DNA from: Proteobacteria bacterium CAG:495
GTDB taxonomy: Bacteria > Pseudomonadota > Alphaproteobacteria > RF32 > CAG-239
Assembly (NCBI GenBank): GCA_000432275.1
Contig: HF995302.1
Span: 8,589-72,588, forward strand
Direction: 5' to 3'
Length of the DNA stretch: 64,000 nucleotides
The position numbers were made by a program, and so were the translations under genes. The notes below the pieces were generated by a model. The model was not told where the DNA came from and ran no database searches. It worked only from the letters and a program-made list of their open reading frames with translations. Shown here in pieces: positions 27,932 through 36,431 of the stretch. Position 1 is the first letter of the stretch. Each line of letters starts with the position of its first letter.

Positions 27932-28598
27932 TTTTAGACGCTTTCAGATTTTTACGAAGTTCCTCAATTTCTTTTTGCAAAAATTCCAGTTGACATTCAA
28001 CCGGATCCTTGTCAGTGGGACAAACGCCGTAAGCCATAAATCCCTTGGGTTCTTTTTTGCTTTTCTCAACCGCATGGGCCGGCACGCCGACAACGGTTTG
28101 GTTTGCTTCCACATCTTTAAGGACGACGGCGTTGGCGCCAACCTTAACGTTGTCACCGATGTTAATCGGTCCCAATATCTGGGCCCCTGCGCCGACGATG
28201 ACGTCATTGCCCAGCGTGGGATGGCGTTTGTTGGTGTTTTTTCCGCTTTTTGAAAAAACGGTGGAACCGCCGAGGGTCACGCCGTGATAAAGCGTTACGT
28301 TGTTGCCGATTTCGGTCGTTTCGCCAATCACGACGCCCATGCCGTGGTCGATAAAGAAACCTTTGCCGATTCGCGCACCGGGATGAATCTCCACGCCGGT
28401 CAGAAATCTCGTCATTTGTGAAACGACGCGCGCCGTCAGCTTAAAGTTACGCTTCCACAGGGCATGGCACAGGCGGTACATAATGATAGCGTGCAGTCCC
28501 GAGGAGCAGAGCAGGGCTTCCGTTCGGCTCTTGGTTGCGGGATCGCGGGCGATAACCGCGTCGATGTCGTTAAGAATTATCTTGAATTTTGCTTTCAT
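27903..28598 (-). CDS. cysE: serine O-acetyltransferase
   Basis: 231 aa. [12 protein letters not shown].., the hexapeptide region [41 protein letters not shown], plus a ~40-aa coiled C-terminal extension. Confidence 0.85.
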   Translation of the reverse strand: MKAKFKIILNDIDAVIARDPATKSRTEALLCSSGLHAIIMYRLCHALWKRNFKLTARVVSQMTRFLTGVEIHPGARIGKGFFIDHGMGVVIGETTEIGNNVTLYHGVTLGGSTVFSKSGKNTNKRHPTLGNDVIVGAGAQILGPINIGDNVKVGANAVVLKDVEANQTVVGVPAHAVEKSKKEPKGFMAYGVCPTDKDPVECQLEFLQKEIEELRKNLKASKNETKQPGAE

Positions 28599-28687
28599 TT
28601 TGTGTTACATTCCTGAAAATATTAATAATTTATATAGTTTTCATAACATATAATACTAAAAGTTCTAAATTTAGGTTAAAAAAGAAA

Positions 28688-29488
28688 ATGACAGAAGTAT
28701 TATTCAATGGACATGCCGGCCGGCTTGAAGGCCGTTATCATCAGAGTGAAAATCCTTCCGCTCCGATTGCTTTAATTTTGCATCCCCATCCGCAGTACGG
28801 CGGCACGATGAACAATAAGGTGGTATACACGTTGTTCAGTTGTTTCCAAAACCTTGGCTTTTCGGTTTTGCGTTTCAATTTTCGCAGCGTAGGCCGTTCA
28901 CAGGGAAATTTTGAAGACGGTCCCGGCGAGTTGTCGGATGCGACAGTCGCATTGGATTGGCTGCAGTCGGTTAACCCCGAAGCCCGCCAGTGCTGGATTG
29001 CCGGATATTCTTTCGGTGCCTGGATTGGATTGCAACTGCTGATGCGTCGTCCTGACATTAATAATTTTATTGCGGTATCGCCTCCCGCCAATGAAAAAGA
29101 CTTTTCGTTTTTGGCGCCGTGTCCCACTTCCGGGCTTATTACGCAAGGGTGCGTTGACGAAATCGTAACCCCTTCAAGCGTTACGACATTGGTCAAGCGC
29201 CTTAATACGCAGCGTAATGTGTCGGTTGACTATGCGATGATTGAGGATGCCGACCATATGTATAATAATCACTTGGTAGATTTATACAAGATTGTGGGCA
29301 ATTACGTCATTGATGCAATGAAGAAAAAGACCCCGGCCAAAAAACGCCGCGGCCGCCGGAAAAAAGTCGAAATGCAGGAAGAGCAGGAAATCCTGTTGCT
29401 CGGCAACGAAAATGAAGATATTGATACCGATGAAGACTTTGAAGACGACGTTGATAACGATATCCTCGATGATGAAGATGAAGAATAA
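28688..29488 (+). CDS. alpha/beta hydrolase fold protein with a basic then poly-acidic C-terminal tail
   Basis: ATG at 28688 (MTEVLFNGHAGRLEGRYH..), nucleophile elbow GYSFGA, tail KKKTPAKKRRGRRKK...DIDTDEDFEDDVDNDILDDEDEE. The track start 28589 looks like an upstream extension. Confidence 0.7.
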   Translation: MTEVLFNGHAGRLEGRYHQSENPSAPIALILHPHPQYGGTMNNKVVYTLFSCFQNLGFSVLRFNFRSVGRSQGNFEDGPGELSDATVALDWLQSVNPEARQCWIAGYSFGAWIGLQLLMRRPDINNFIAVSPPANEKDFSFLAPCPTSGLITQGCVDEIVTPSSVTTLVKRLNTQRNVSVDYAMIEDADHMYNNHLVDLYKIVGNYVIDAMKKKTPAKKRRGRRKKVEMQEEQEILLLGNENEDIDTDEDFEDDVDNDILDDEDEE

Positions 29489-29504
29489 TCTGCCCTGAAA
29501 TCAC

Positions 29505-29538
29505 AAAAATGCAGTGTATAACGCACTGCATTTTTTTT
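29505..29538. terminator. bidirectional intrinsic terminator
   Basis: AAAAATGCAGTG-loop-CACTGCATTTTTTTT sits between the convergent hydrolase and RHH genes. Confidence 0.65.
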
Positions 29539-29648
29539 GAACAAATCTTTGATAATTGTCGTTGAAAGCAATTTAAAATCCCTTATAGGGAAGAAAATAT
29601 GTTGACGAAAAAAGCTCCTCAAACGAGAAGCTTTTTGTTTGCATAAAA

Positions 29649-29858
29649 TTAAATTTGTTTTTTTAGTTCTTTTAGGATGTAGACGCGTATGGCGCTGGAA
29701 AGGTTTTCTTGTTCACGAACCGCGTCAATTTCCGTTACCAGTTGATTGATGCTCATATCCTTTTGCCGAGCCAGTTCTTTCAGTTCGTCAAAAAATTCGT
29801 CTTCCAGAGAAATGCTGGTTGAGTGGCGGTTGGCAATAATAACGGATTGTTTACGCAT
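29649..29858 (-). CDS. ribbon-helix-helix (RHH_4-like) domain protein
   Basis: Preferred ATG at 29858 (MRKQSVIIANRHSTSISLEDEFFDELKELARQKDMSINQLVTEID), which overlaps the sspB stop within ATGCGTAA. Confidence 0.65.
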   Translation of the reverse strand: MRKQSVIIANRHSTSISLEDEFFDELKELARQKDMSINQLVTEIDAVREQENLSSAIRVYILKELKKQI

Positions 29859-30345
29859 TTTTCTTCTTACGGAAAGCGTCAATATCAATGATGGTCGCAG
29901 AAGCAGGAGCTTTGGGTTGCTCTTTCTGCATAATCGGTTCTTCGTCAATCGTGTCGCTCAGACTCATATCTCCGCTGTTAAAGCTGAGACCGAACTTTGC
30001 GTAGGGGTCGGCAAAGTAAGTGATTGCGTCATAGGGGATACGCAGGGTTTGAGGAATGCCGCCGAAACTTAAGTCGACTTCAAAGTAAGTCTCGCCGACC
30101 ATCAAATTTGCAAACTGGTGTTGCAATACGATAGTCATCTCATCGGGATATTGATTGAGCAGCTGAGCCGAAAGTCTCGCCGCAGGATGAGCTGTTTTGA
30201 ATGTAATGTAAAAGTGGTGTTCACCCGGTAGTCCTTCGTCCGCAGCGATTTTCAAAGCCTCAATCACAACATGTTTGAGAGCTTTTTCAACCAGCTTGTC
30301 GTAGTTTATGTCTAATTCATCATTCAGCATTGGGACAACCTTCAT
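29851..30345 (-). CDS. sspB: ClpXP adaptor SspB (alphaproteobacterial type)
   Basis: 164 aa; YDKLVEKALKHVVIEALK...GLPGEHHFYITFKT.HP...LLNQYPDEMTIVLQHQF..L is the SspB-fold pattern. An alternative ATG lies at 30330. Confidence 0.7.
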   Translation of the reverse strand: MKVVPMLNDELDINYDKLVEKALKHVVIEALKIAADEGLPGEHHFYITFKTAHPAARLSAQLLNQYPDEMTIVLQHQFANLMVGETYFEVDLSFGGIPQTLRIPYDAITYFADPYAKFGLSFNSGDMSLSDTIDEEPIMQKEQPKAPASATIIDIDAFRKKKNA

Positions 30346-30361
30346 TTATAAAATTAAGCGG

Positions 30362-30776
30362 GCCGTTCTGTTGATAGGTGGCCCAGACCCCACTCACAGC
30401 TATCCAAAGCCGTAAGGATTTAAGTTTGTTGCGACTACAACTAAGCAGCCATTGCAACAGGAGCTACGTTATTATCGTTAGCATTCATTTAAATTTGAAC
30501 CGATAACGGTGGTATCTCACCGAACACGACATACCTGTCTTTACTGTACCTTGTCAATCCTGTTTCACCCCCATAAGAGGAATTAAGACATTTGAGATTG
30601 GCTTCCAAAACCGGCTCAATTTCGGCAGAGAATGTACCATTGGCACAAAATGCAGAAATTAAACAACCGCGACCAATAACTCAAATAACTTATGGTGGAG
30701 GTGCTGGGTACTGCCCCCAGGTCCAAAACACCTATTTCACAGAGCCTCTAGTGTCATAGTCAGATTGCTCTGACAA
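30362..30776 (-). ncRNA. ssrA: two-piece (circularly permuted) tmRNA; acceptor piece ~30776-30693, spacer 30692-30573, coding piece 30572-~30362
   Basis: The minus strand reads ..CTGGGGGCAGTACCCAGCACCTCCACCA, ending at 30693. GGGGGTGAAACAGGATTGAC starts at 30572. GGGGGUG pairs with CACCUCC and gives the G3:U70 pair. The tag ORF GCT AAC GAT AAT AAC GTA GCT CCT GTT GCA ATG GCT GCT TAG spans 30482-30441. Confidence 0.85.
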
Positions 30777-30782
30777 TCTGTT

Positions 30783-30810
30783 ATTATAAGCAAGAATATT
30801 AAAAATTCAA
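30783..30810 (-). promoter_or_regulatory. candidate sigma70 promoter of ssrA
   Basis: Minus strand: TTGAAT (30810-30805), a 16-nt spacer, TATAAT (30788-30783). Confidence 0.5.
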
Positions 30811-30920
30811 GATATAAGATTGCCTATAACATTTTTGTTGCATTTGCCCGTAAATTTTATATGCTACATCCATCTCTTTGAAATTATTAACATTAGTATT
30901 AATTTAACATCTTATTTTGT

Positions 30921-31847
30921 ATGGAACAGAACAATTTTAAACGTAAGAAAAATCTGACTAATTTGTTGAGTGAGGAAAGCCAGGCGCAAATTCTGATTGA
31001 ATTGTCGATTCATCGGCGAGTATCGGAGTTTCATAGCAAAGTGGCGGTTCAGAAGTTTTTTGTAAACATAGAGGTTTTATTCTATGTTGAGGCTTTTCTT
31101 GGAGCTGCCGAGGTTGAATGGACGCTGCGCCATGCCGAACGCTATGATATCAAAATATTCCTTTTTGCCGCGCGGTTTTATAAAGACACCCAAATGGCTG
31201 TAGACTTGTTTATTGGCCTCAAACGTTTGGATATTATCAAAAATTTTATTTCCAGCGATGAGTTGGTAAATGCTGAGGCTTGGGATGTTTTGAAAAAACT
31301 GGGTAAGGTTGAGGTTTTGGGATATCACGGGCGTTTTGAGGAATTAAAAAAGATGAATACGTCAGAAGCCAGAGCGGTTTTAAAACAGTTTAAGCGGGTT
31401 GATGATTTAATCGAGCTGCAAGCTTACGAAGAGCTCGTCTGGCTTGAAAAAGGGGTTGAATATTTAGTCGATTCCGGGAAGTGGAAAATGGTATATTTTG
31501 CCCACGAAAAAGGAATGACATACCACGGAAAGAGCCTGCTGAATGTATTGCTTGAGGCGCATCAGGAAGATTTTCTTTATAACCAAAACGAAAAAGAGTT
31601 TTTGTTGAAGAATAAAAAACTGCGGCCGTTTATCAAACACCGGGACTATGAAGCTTTGGCTGACAATGCATTCTATGAAGCCGTTGACTGGGAGGTCTTT
31701 CTGACCATAATGCCGTCTAAGGCCGGTAAGATTTTTGAACACGCGGTTGATGCCGAAAACTGGAATTTTCTGGCCAAGCATCACAAACGGTGGCTGTTGT
31801 TCAAAAACGGACAGTATTCTTTGTGGTTAAACAGTTTTTTTAAGTAA
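30921..31847 (+). CDS. hypothetical protein, member 1 of a local paralogue family
   Basis: 308 aa. It shares an N-terminal ~25-aa motif and C-terminal blocks (LVDSGKWKMVYF.., EFLLKNKKLRPFIKHRDY.., VDWEVF) with 32286-33173. Confidence 0.6.
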   Translation: MEQNNFKRKKNLTNLLSEESQAQILIELSIHRRVSEFHSKVAVQKFFVNIEVLFYVEAFLGAAEVEWTLRHAERYDIKIFLFAARFYKDTQMAVDLFIGLKRLDIIKNFISSDELVNAEAWDVLKKLGKVEVLGYHGRFEELKKMNTSEARAVLKQFKRVDDLIELQAYEELVWLEKGVEYLVDSGKWKMVYFAHEKGMTYHGKSLLNVLLEAHQEDFLYNQNEKEFLLKNKKLRPFIKHRDYEALADNAFYEAVDWEVFLTIMPSKAGKIFEHAVDAENWNFLAKHHKRWLLFKNGQYSLWLNSFFK

Positions 31848-31864
31848 AAAAACTGACGGTTTTT

Positions 31865-31899
31865 AAAATCGAAGCCTGTTATGGCTTCGATTTTTTTTT
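31865..31899 (+). terminator. intrinsic terminator
   Basis: ATCGAAGCC-TGTTAT-GGCTTCGAT followed by T8. Confidence 0.7.
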
Positions 31900-31991
31900 G
31901 CCATAATTTTGTTGCAATCGGGCTTAATTAACTTTACAATCCCCTTATTCGAATCAATTTTTATAGTAATAATTTTTAAATTAGTACAAGT

Positions 31992-32267
31992 ATGAATAAA
32001 AAAGAACTGTTGTCGTTGTTGCCGGAGGAAGAGAAGTTCTCTTTGCTGGAAGAATTGTTGTCTCGTTTTGAGGTCTCTGTAGGATATCAGGCTGATCAGA
32101 AAAAAATTTATCTGGTTTTAAGCCGAAGCGGTAAGGTTGATATGATACATCTGCTCCCTGTAGACAGCTGCCGAACGGTAAAGCTGATGATTCACTGCCT
32201 CGGGTTGGAAAAAACTTTTGACATATGTAGCAGAAGCTTTCCGCAATTAGTAAAATTTATATCATAA
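31992..32267 (+). CDS. hypothetical protein (91 aa) sharing only the family N-terminal motif
   Basis: MNKKELLSLLPEEEKFSLLEELLS parallels the N-termini of both neighbours. Confidence 0.45.
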   Translation: MNKKELLSLLPEEEKFSLLEELLSRFEVSVGYQADQKKIYLVLSRSGKVDMIHLLPVDSCRTVKLMIHCLGLEKTFDICSRSFPQLVKFIS

Positions 32268-32285
32268 ATCCAAAATCCTAATATT

Positions 32286-33173
32286 ATGAATCGCAAAAAG
32301 ATGCTTAAGTGCATTACCTCTGAAGATGAGGAATGCATCCTTATGAACCTTATCTGCGGCAAAAATCTGCATCAGCTGATGATTTGCCTGAATACTGGTT
32401 ATTGCATTACGCCCCGTGTGCTTCAGTTTATGGTGGAGCTGGGATGGAACAAAGAAGTAAAAGCTTTTTTGGAGAAAAGTTCTTTCGACTATTTTGAAAA
32501 CGACGAAAAAAGGTTGGCTGAGTGGATAATCGCTTTTCTTGACGAAGAAGCGGCGTACGCATTGTTCAAGCGTTGCCATTGGGACAATAATTTTCTTTGC
32601 TGTATCAGCAATGAATGTTTTATTCGTCATCAAGATTGGGACTGTTGCTTTAAATATAAGCGCTGGGAAGTTCTGATAGAACAAGGCCAGTTCGGGTGGA
32701 TACCAATGGAGGAAAACGTCTCGGAATGGGGACCTGTGTTGGCCCAAAGAGGGTGCTTTGAGGTGCTGTATAGCAGAAATCAGCTTTCTTTCATTGCCGA
32801 ATACGGCAAAAAGGATGATGCGCTCAAATTTCTCACCGACAAGGGAGAATGGCAGGCGATTTACCTGCATGCAAAAGTTCTTTTTGGAAGCGAAGACGAG
32901 TTATGGCCTTATCTGTATAAGCAGGGCGTCGTAAAATATATGTACGGATTTTACGGAGGAAAAAAGTTTTTGATCCAAAACAAGGCATTTGATCTTTTTG
33001 TTCAAAACAAAAACTGGACATATTTAAGCAAGGTCCATGCGGACGCTTCTCTTATTGATTGGGATGATTTCTATAAGCAAGATGCCGAAAAATGCATTAA
33101 ATATGCCACAGCATACAGGTTGAAAAGTTTTTTGAGGCGAAAAGGATATTGGTTTCGCACCTTGATTTGCTGA
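32286..33173 (+). CDS. hypothetical protein, member 2 of the local paralogue family
   Basis: 295 aa and Trp-rich. LTDKGEWQAIYL.., KFLIQNKAFDLFVQNKNW.., IDWDDF are collinear with 30921-31847. Confidence 0.6.
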   Translation: MNRKKMLKCITSEDEECILMNLICGKNLHQLMICLNTGYCITPRVLQFMVELGWNKEVKAFLEKSSFDYFENDEKRLAEWIIAFLDEEAAYALFKRCHWDNNFLCCISNECFIRHQDWDCCFKYKRWEVLIEQGQFGWIPMEENVSEWGPVLAQRGCFEVLYSRNQLSFIAEYGKKDDALKFLTDKGEWQAIYLHAKVLFGSEDELWPYLYKQGVVKYMYGFYGGKKFLIQNKAFDLFVQNKNWTYLSKVHADASLIDWDDFYKQDAEKCIKYATAYRLKSFLRRKGYWFRTLIC

Positions 33174-33268
33174 TTTTATCCTGATGTGTTAAAAGAGCTG
33201 GGGATTAACCTCAGCTTTTTTTGTATGCCGGCAAATATTTTGCTATGATGCCGGCAAGGAGAAACAAA

Positions 33269-33838
33269 ATGACAAAAATTGCAATATGGTGTCGTCATAA
33301 CGGGGATAATATTATCGGTATCGGTTCGGACATTCCCTGGAATATTCCTTCGGATGTGAGAAAATATCAAAAAATTATTGCCGGACAGCCTCTGGTTATG
33401 GGGCGAACGACTTATGAGAGCATTCCGCCGGAAACGTTGTCGCAAGCGGAGGTATATGTTTTAAGCGCAAATCGTGAATACGAAACAGCCAATCCGGAAC
33501 GCCACCGTGTTATAACCGACATTCGGAAATTTAAGGATTTTGACGGAAACCTGTATATTTGCGGCGGTGCCGGGGTTTATGAGGCGTTTATGACGCTTTC
33601 GCCCAAGCTGCTGCCGGATATTGTTGTCGACTGTGTGTATGACGGCCCGTTGCAGAAACTTGACGGTGGGCCCGTTCATATAACGCCATGTATCGAGCTG
33701 TTGGCCAAAAAATATTTTAAAATAGCCGAAGGACAGACGCAGGACAATGTAGCCAATCATCTTTATGTCAAACGCGGAGATTTTGTTGACCAGTCGGTTC
33801 TCAGGCACATTCTTTCAATTATAGAACAGCCAAACTAA
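33269..33838 (+). CDS. folA: dihydrofolate reductase with a ~70-aa C-terminal extension
   Basis: ATG at 33269 behind AAGGAG. IIGIGSDIPWNIPSDVRKYQKIIAGQPLVMGRTTYESIP and YICGGAGVYEAF are DHFR motifs. Confidence 0.8.
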   Translation: MTKIAIWCRHNGDNIIGIGSDIPWNIPSDVRKYQKIIAGQPLVMGRTTYESIPPETLSQAEVYVLSANREYETANPERHRVITDIRKFKDFDGNLYICGGAGVYEAFMTLSPKLLPDIVVDCVYDGPLQKLDGGPVHITPCIELLAKKYFKIAEGQTQDNVANHLYVKRGDFVDQSVLRHILSIIEQPN

Positions 33839-33844
33839 AAAGTA

Positions 33845-33873
33845 AGCCCCGCGTCGGCGGGGCTGTTTTTTTT
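33845..33873. terminator. bidirectional intrinsic terminator between folA and thyX
   Basis: AGCCCCGC-GTCG-GCGGGGCT, flanked by an A-run and T8. Confidence 0.75.
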
Positions 33874-33876
33874 ATT

Positions 33877-34554
33877 CTATTCTGCGGCAATCTTTTCAGA
33901 CAGGCTGTTTTCTTCGTCATAAGGAATATCATCAAAAACAACCGGAATTTTAGCTTTAAATTCCTTGAGCAGTATTTTCATCAGCTGTTGAATGCTCGGG
34001 TGAGCTGCCGGTGCGGCGCGCAGTTTCAAAATGTGACGCCACTCTCTGAGGTTCGCAGTCATAATTACGTCCGCTTTAATGGAATGGGGCAGGAGCATCC
34101 GCAGCTGATCGGGTTTGCAACCCAAGGCTGCCATGGCATTGTAGTTCTTTTCAATGGTTTCCATTGTATTGAGCCATAATTTGTATTCCGGGGTGCCTTC
34201 GACAATGTTGCAGGGTTTTATGACCGAAATCTCACTGCCGAATTTTCCTTTTGAATAATTGCAGTATCTGGTGCTCTCAATCGCAAAGGAGGCGTGGCGG
34301 TGGCGGGTAATGTCTTTATAAAAGCCTAGGTCGCACACAAATTTGACGGTAATGTTGTAGTGCTCAATCATCGCCGTATGGTCAAGCTCAATCAGTTTGT
34401 TAATCATTTTTACGGCAGAGGAGCAGTCTTCGCTGATGTTTCCTTCGCTTTTATAGCAGTTGCGGGCACACAGTTCAATGTGCTTCAGGATTGTTTCGCC
34501 GTCCAAAGGTGTAAGGACTTCCACGCGGGGAGCAACAATTTTAACCATTTTCAT
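33877..34554 (-). CDS. thyX: FAD-dependent thymidylate synthase ThyX
   Basis: 225 aa with the ThyX signature RHRHASFAIESTRY (RHRxxSxxxxSxR). Confidence 0.9.
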   Translation of the reverse strand: MKMVKIVAPRVEVLTPLDGETILKHIELCARNCYKSEGNISEDCSSAVKMINKLIELDHTAMIEHYNITVKFVCDLGFYKDITRHRHASFAIESTRYCNYSKGKFGSEISVIKPCNIVEGTPEYKLWLNTMETIEKNYNAMAALGCKPDQLRMLLPHSIKADVIMTANLREWRHILKLRAAPAAHPSIQQLMKILLKEFKAKIPVVFDDIPYDEENSLSEKIAAE

Positions 34555-34711
34555 AGCCTTTCTTGATAAAACTTTATCTAAAAGGTAATGCTTTTACCCG
34601 CCCTTGTCTATTTTTAAAGCGGGACTGTGGAAAACGATTTTAACGCTGGAGAAATAAGGCTTTTGCCGCTAATCTGAGACTAAATGACAACTTTTTTTGC
34701 AGAGAAGACCG

Positions 34712-35188
34712 ATGATTGAGACCGTAAATACGATTGTAAAGTTCACCAAAATGGAGCATTATGTTGAAAATCCCGCCAACCTCAGCTATGCGACGCCTGA
34801 TGCCGCTTGTTTTGACATTTGTGCAGCCATTTCGGAGCCGGTGGTTCTCCGTCCCGGAGAGCATGCCGGAATCCCGACGGCGGTAAAGCTGGCTCCGGAG
34901 AATCCGATTTGGTTCAGAGTAAATTCGCGCAGCGGTTTGGCGATAAAGCACGGAATCATTACCATTGCTGGGATAATAGATACGGATTACCGGGGAGAAC
35001 TCATTATCGGTCTCCTGAATACTAATCCGGCCGGCGAAAAGGCTTATATAATTAATCCCGGAGACAAAATCGCTCAGGTTGAGGTTCCTTTTCCGTACAA
35101 AGCCGTGTTTGAAGAAGTGAGCAACGAAGAGTTTGAAAGCTATGCTACCTGCCGCGGCGAAAGCGGCTTCGGCTCGACCGGACGTTAA
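34712..35188 (+). CDS. dut: dUTP diphosphatase
   Basis: ATG at 34712. AACFDICA, NSRSGLAIKHGI, GIIDTDYRGEL and a C-terminal RGESGFGSTG are dUTPase motifs 1-5. Confidence 0.9.
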   Translation: MIETVNTIVKFTKMEHYVENPANLSYATPDAACFDICAAISEPVVLRPGEHAGIPTAVKLAPENPIWFRVNSRSGLAIKHGIITIAGIIDTDYRGELIIGLLNTNPAGEKAYIINPGDKIAQVEVPFPYKAVFEEVSNEEFESYATCRGESGFGSTGR

Positions 35189-35202
35189 ACTGACGAACAA
35201 AA

Positions 35203-35240
35203 AAGCGCTTCGGACGTTGGTCTGAAGCGCTTTTCCTTTT
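35203..35240 (+). terminator. intrinsic terminator after dut
   Basis: AGCGCTTC-loop-GAAGCGCT followed by TTTTCCTTTT. Confidence 0.7.
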
Positions 35241-35266
35241 AGAGATTTTCAAAACATTCATAATTC

Positions 35267-35644
35267 TTAATTCATTTTTTTATAACCCACAAAATCGCCC
35301 AACACAATGTTTCTTTCATAGGAAACTCCTTCCCATGAGAAAGATTCTGTTGCCTTACAGCTGAAATATTTGCTGTTGTTGATGTGGTTGAATTCCCCGT
35401 TGTGAAAAGTATATATCAAAGAAGTTTCTTCTTTGGACTTTCCGCCTTGGCGCCGTACCGGAATGACAATGGCCGGATAAACGATGCCGGGAACAAATAC
35501 TAAGCATTTTTGGTTAAATTCCAAAAGGCTTGCGGTCAATTGCACATTTTTCTTATACGTAAACCCGCTCTCTCGTGCGAATTTGCCCAACGCAGCTTTA
35601 ATATGTGCCAAATCAAGCTGCTGTTCAGGGATTACTTGTGTCAT
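35267..35644 (-). CDS. hypothetical protein (125 aa)
   Basis: Clean ORF with no recognisable motif. Confidence 0.45.
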   Translation of the reverse strand: MTQVIPEQQLDLAHIKAALGKFARESGFTYKKNVQLTASLLEFNQKCLVFVPGIVYPAIVIPVRRQGGKSKEETSLIYTFHNGEFNHINNSKYFSCKATESFSWEGVSYERNIVLGDFVGYKKMN

Positions 35645-35728
35645 AGTTTAAGTTTTATTATAGGAATACTAATAATTTTCATAGCATAAAGTACACAATT
35701 TAGACGAAATGTCAAATATTTTCTCAAT

Positions 35729-35760
35729 AAAAAAAAGGTCTTGGAAACTTCCAAGACCCT
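35729..35760 (-). terminator. intrinsic terminator after 35843-36274
   Basis: Minus strand: GGTCTTGG-AAGTTT-CCAAGACC followed by T8. Confidence 0.7.
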
Positions 35761-35842
35761 TTAGAGTATTAGATTGTGTTTTTTTCGGTATCCGACGGAA
35801 GTTATGATTCACATCAGAACTTCCGTCGCAAAAGGTTGGATG

Positions 35843-36274
35843 TCATTCCGCTGTTTCTTCGGCAACTGCATTTTCAATCGCCTGTCGGTTCGAAACAGCC
35901 TTCGTTTTCTTTGGAGATGCATTGTATTCGCCTTTAAGCGGCATACAGGCGGCATCTTTTTCAGACACGAACTTCAAATACTTTTTTCTTTTGGAATCTT
36001 TTTTCGATGCCAAATTGATGACCCAGCCGGAAATTCCGTTATAAATTGCGGGGCACGCCATATGGTCTGTCTTTCCTTTGTTTGAGCTGAAAAGCGTTAC
36101 GCAGTATGGCGAGGGAACCGCTTTTATGATAATTCCCCTGGGTTCGCAATAAGCGGTAAATTTTTCCGCAATATGTTGCTGAACGCCGTTAAGACTGTTT
36201 ACATCAACACGAACTTCGCATTTGTTAAAAAAGTTCTGAACTTTTTTAACGTCAATTGTTCCAAATGTATTCAT
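35843..36274 (-). CDS. hypothetical protein (143 aa)
   Basis: ORF followed by its own terminator, with a Lys-rich C-terminal third. No recognisable motif. Confidence 0.5.
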   Translation of the reverse strand: MNTFGTIDVKKVQNFFNKCEVRVDVNSLNGVQQHIAEKFTAYCEPRGIIIKAVPSPYCVTLFSSNKGKTDHMACPAIYNGISGWVINLASKKDSKRKKYLKFVSEKDAACMPLKGEYNASPKKTKAVSNRQAIENAVAEETAE

Positions 36275-36431
36275 AAGAATAAAATTAATGGCACCACGTG
36301 CCGGTTAATAGATAATTTTTAAGTAATTTATTTATGATTTTTCTATCAAAACATAAATAGATTAACTTTGCAAGTGAAAAATGACAAAAATTTGTCAAAA
36401 GTATATAGTATGTTATTATTTTTGTGCGGTG

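Noticed and set aside
30777-36300. A genomic island integrated at the tmRNA gene
   Set aside because: The unusual genes lie on the promoter side of ssrA, not at its 3' end. I found no integrase, no direct repeat of an ssrA segment, and no phage structural genes. This is kept only as a weak compositional observation in the findings.
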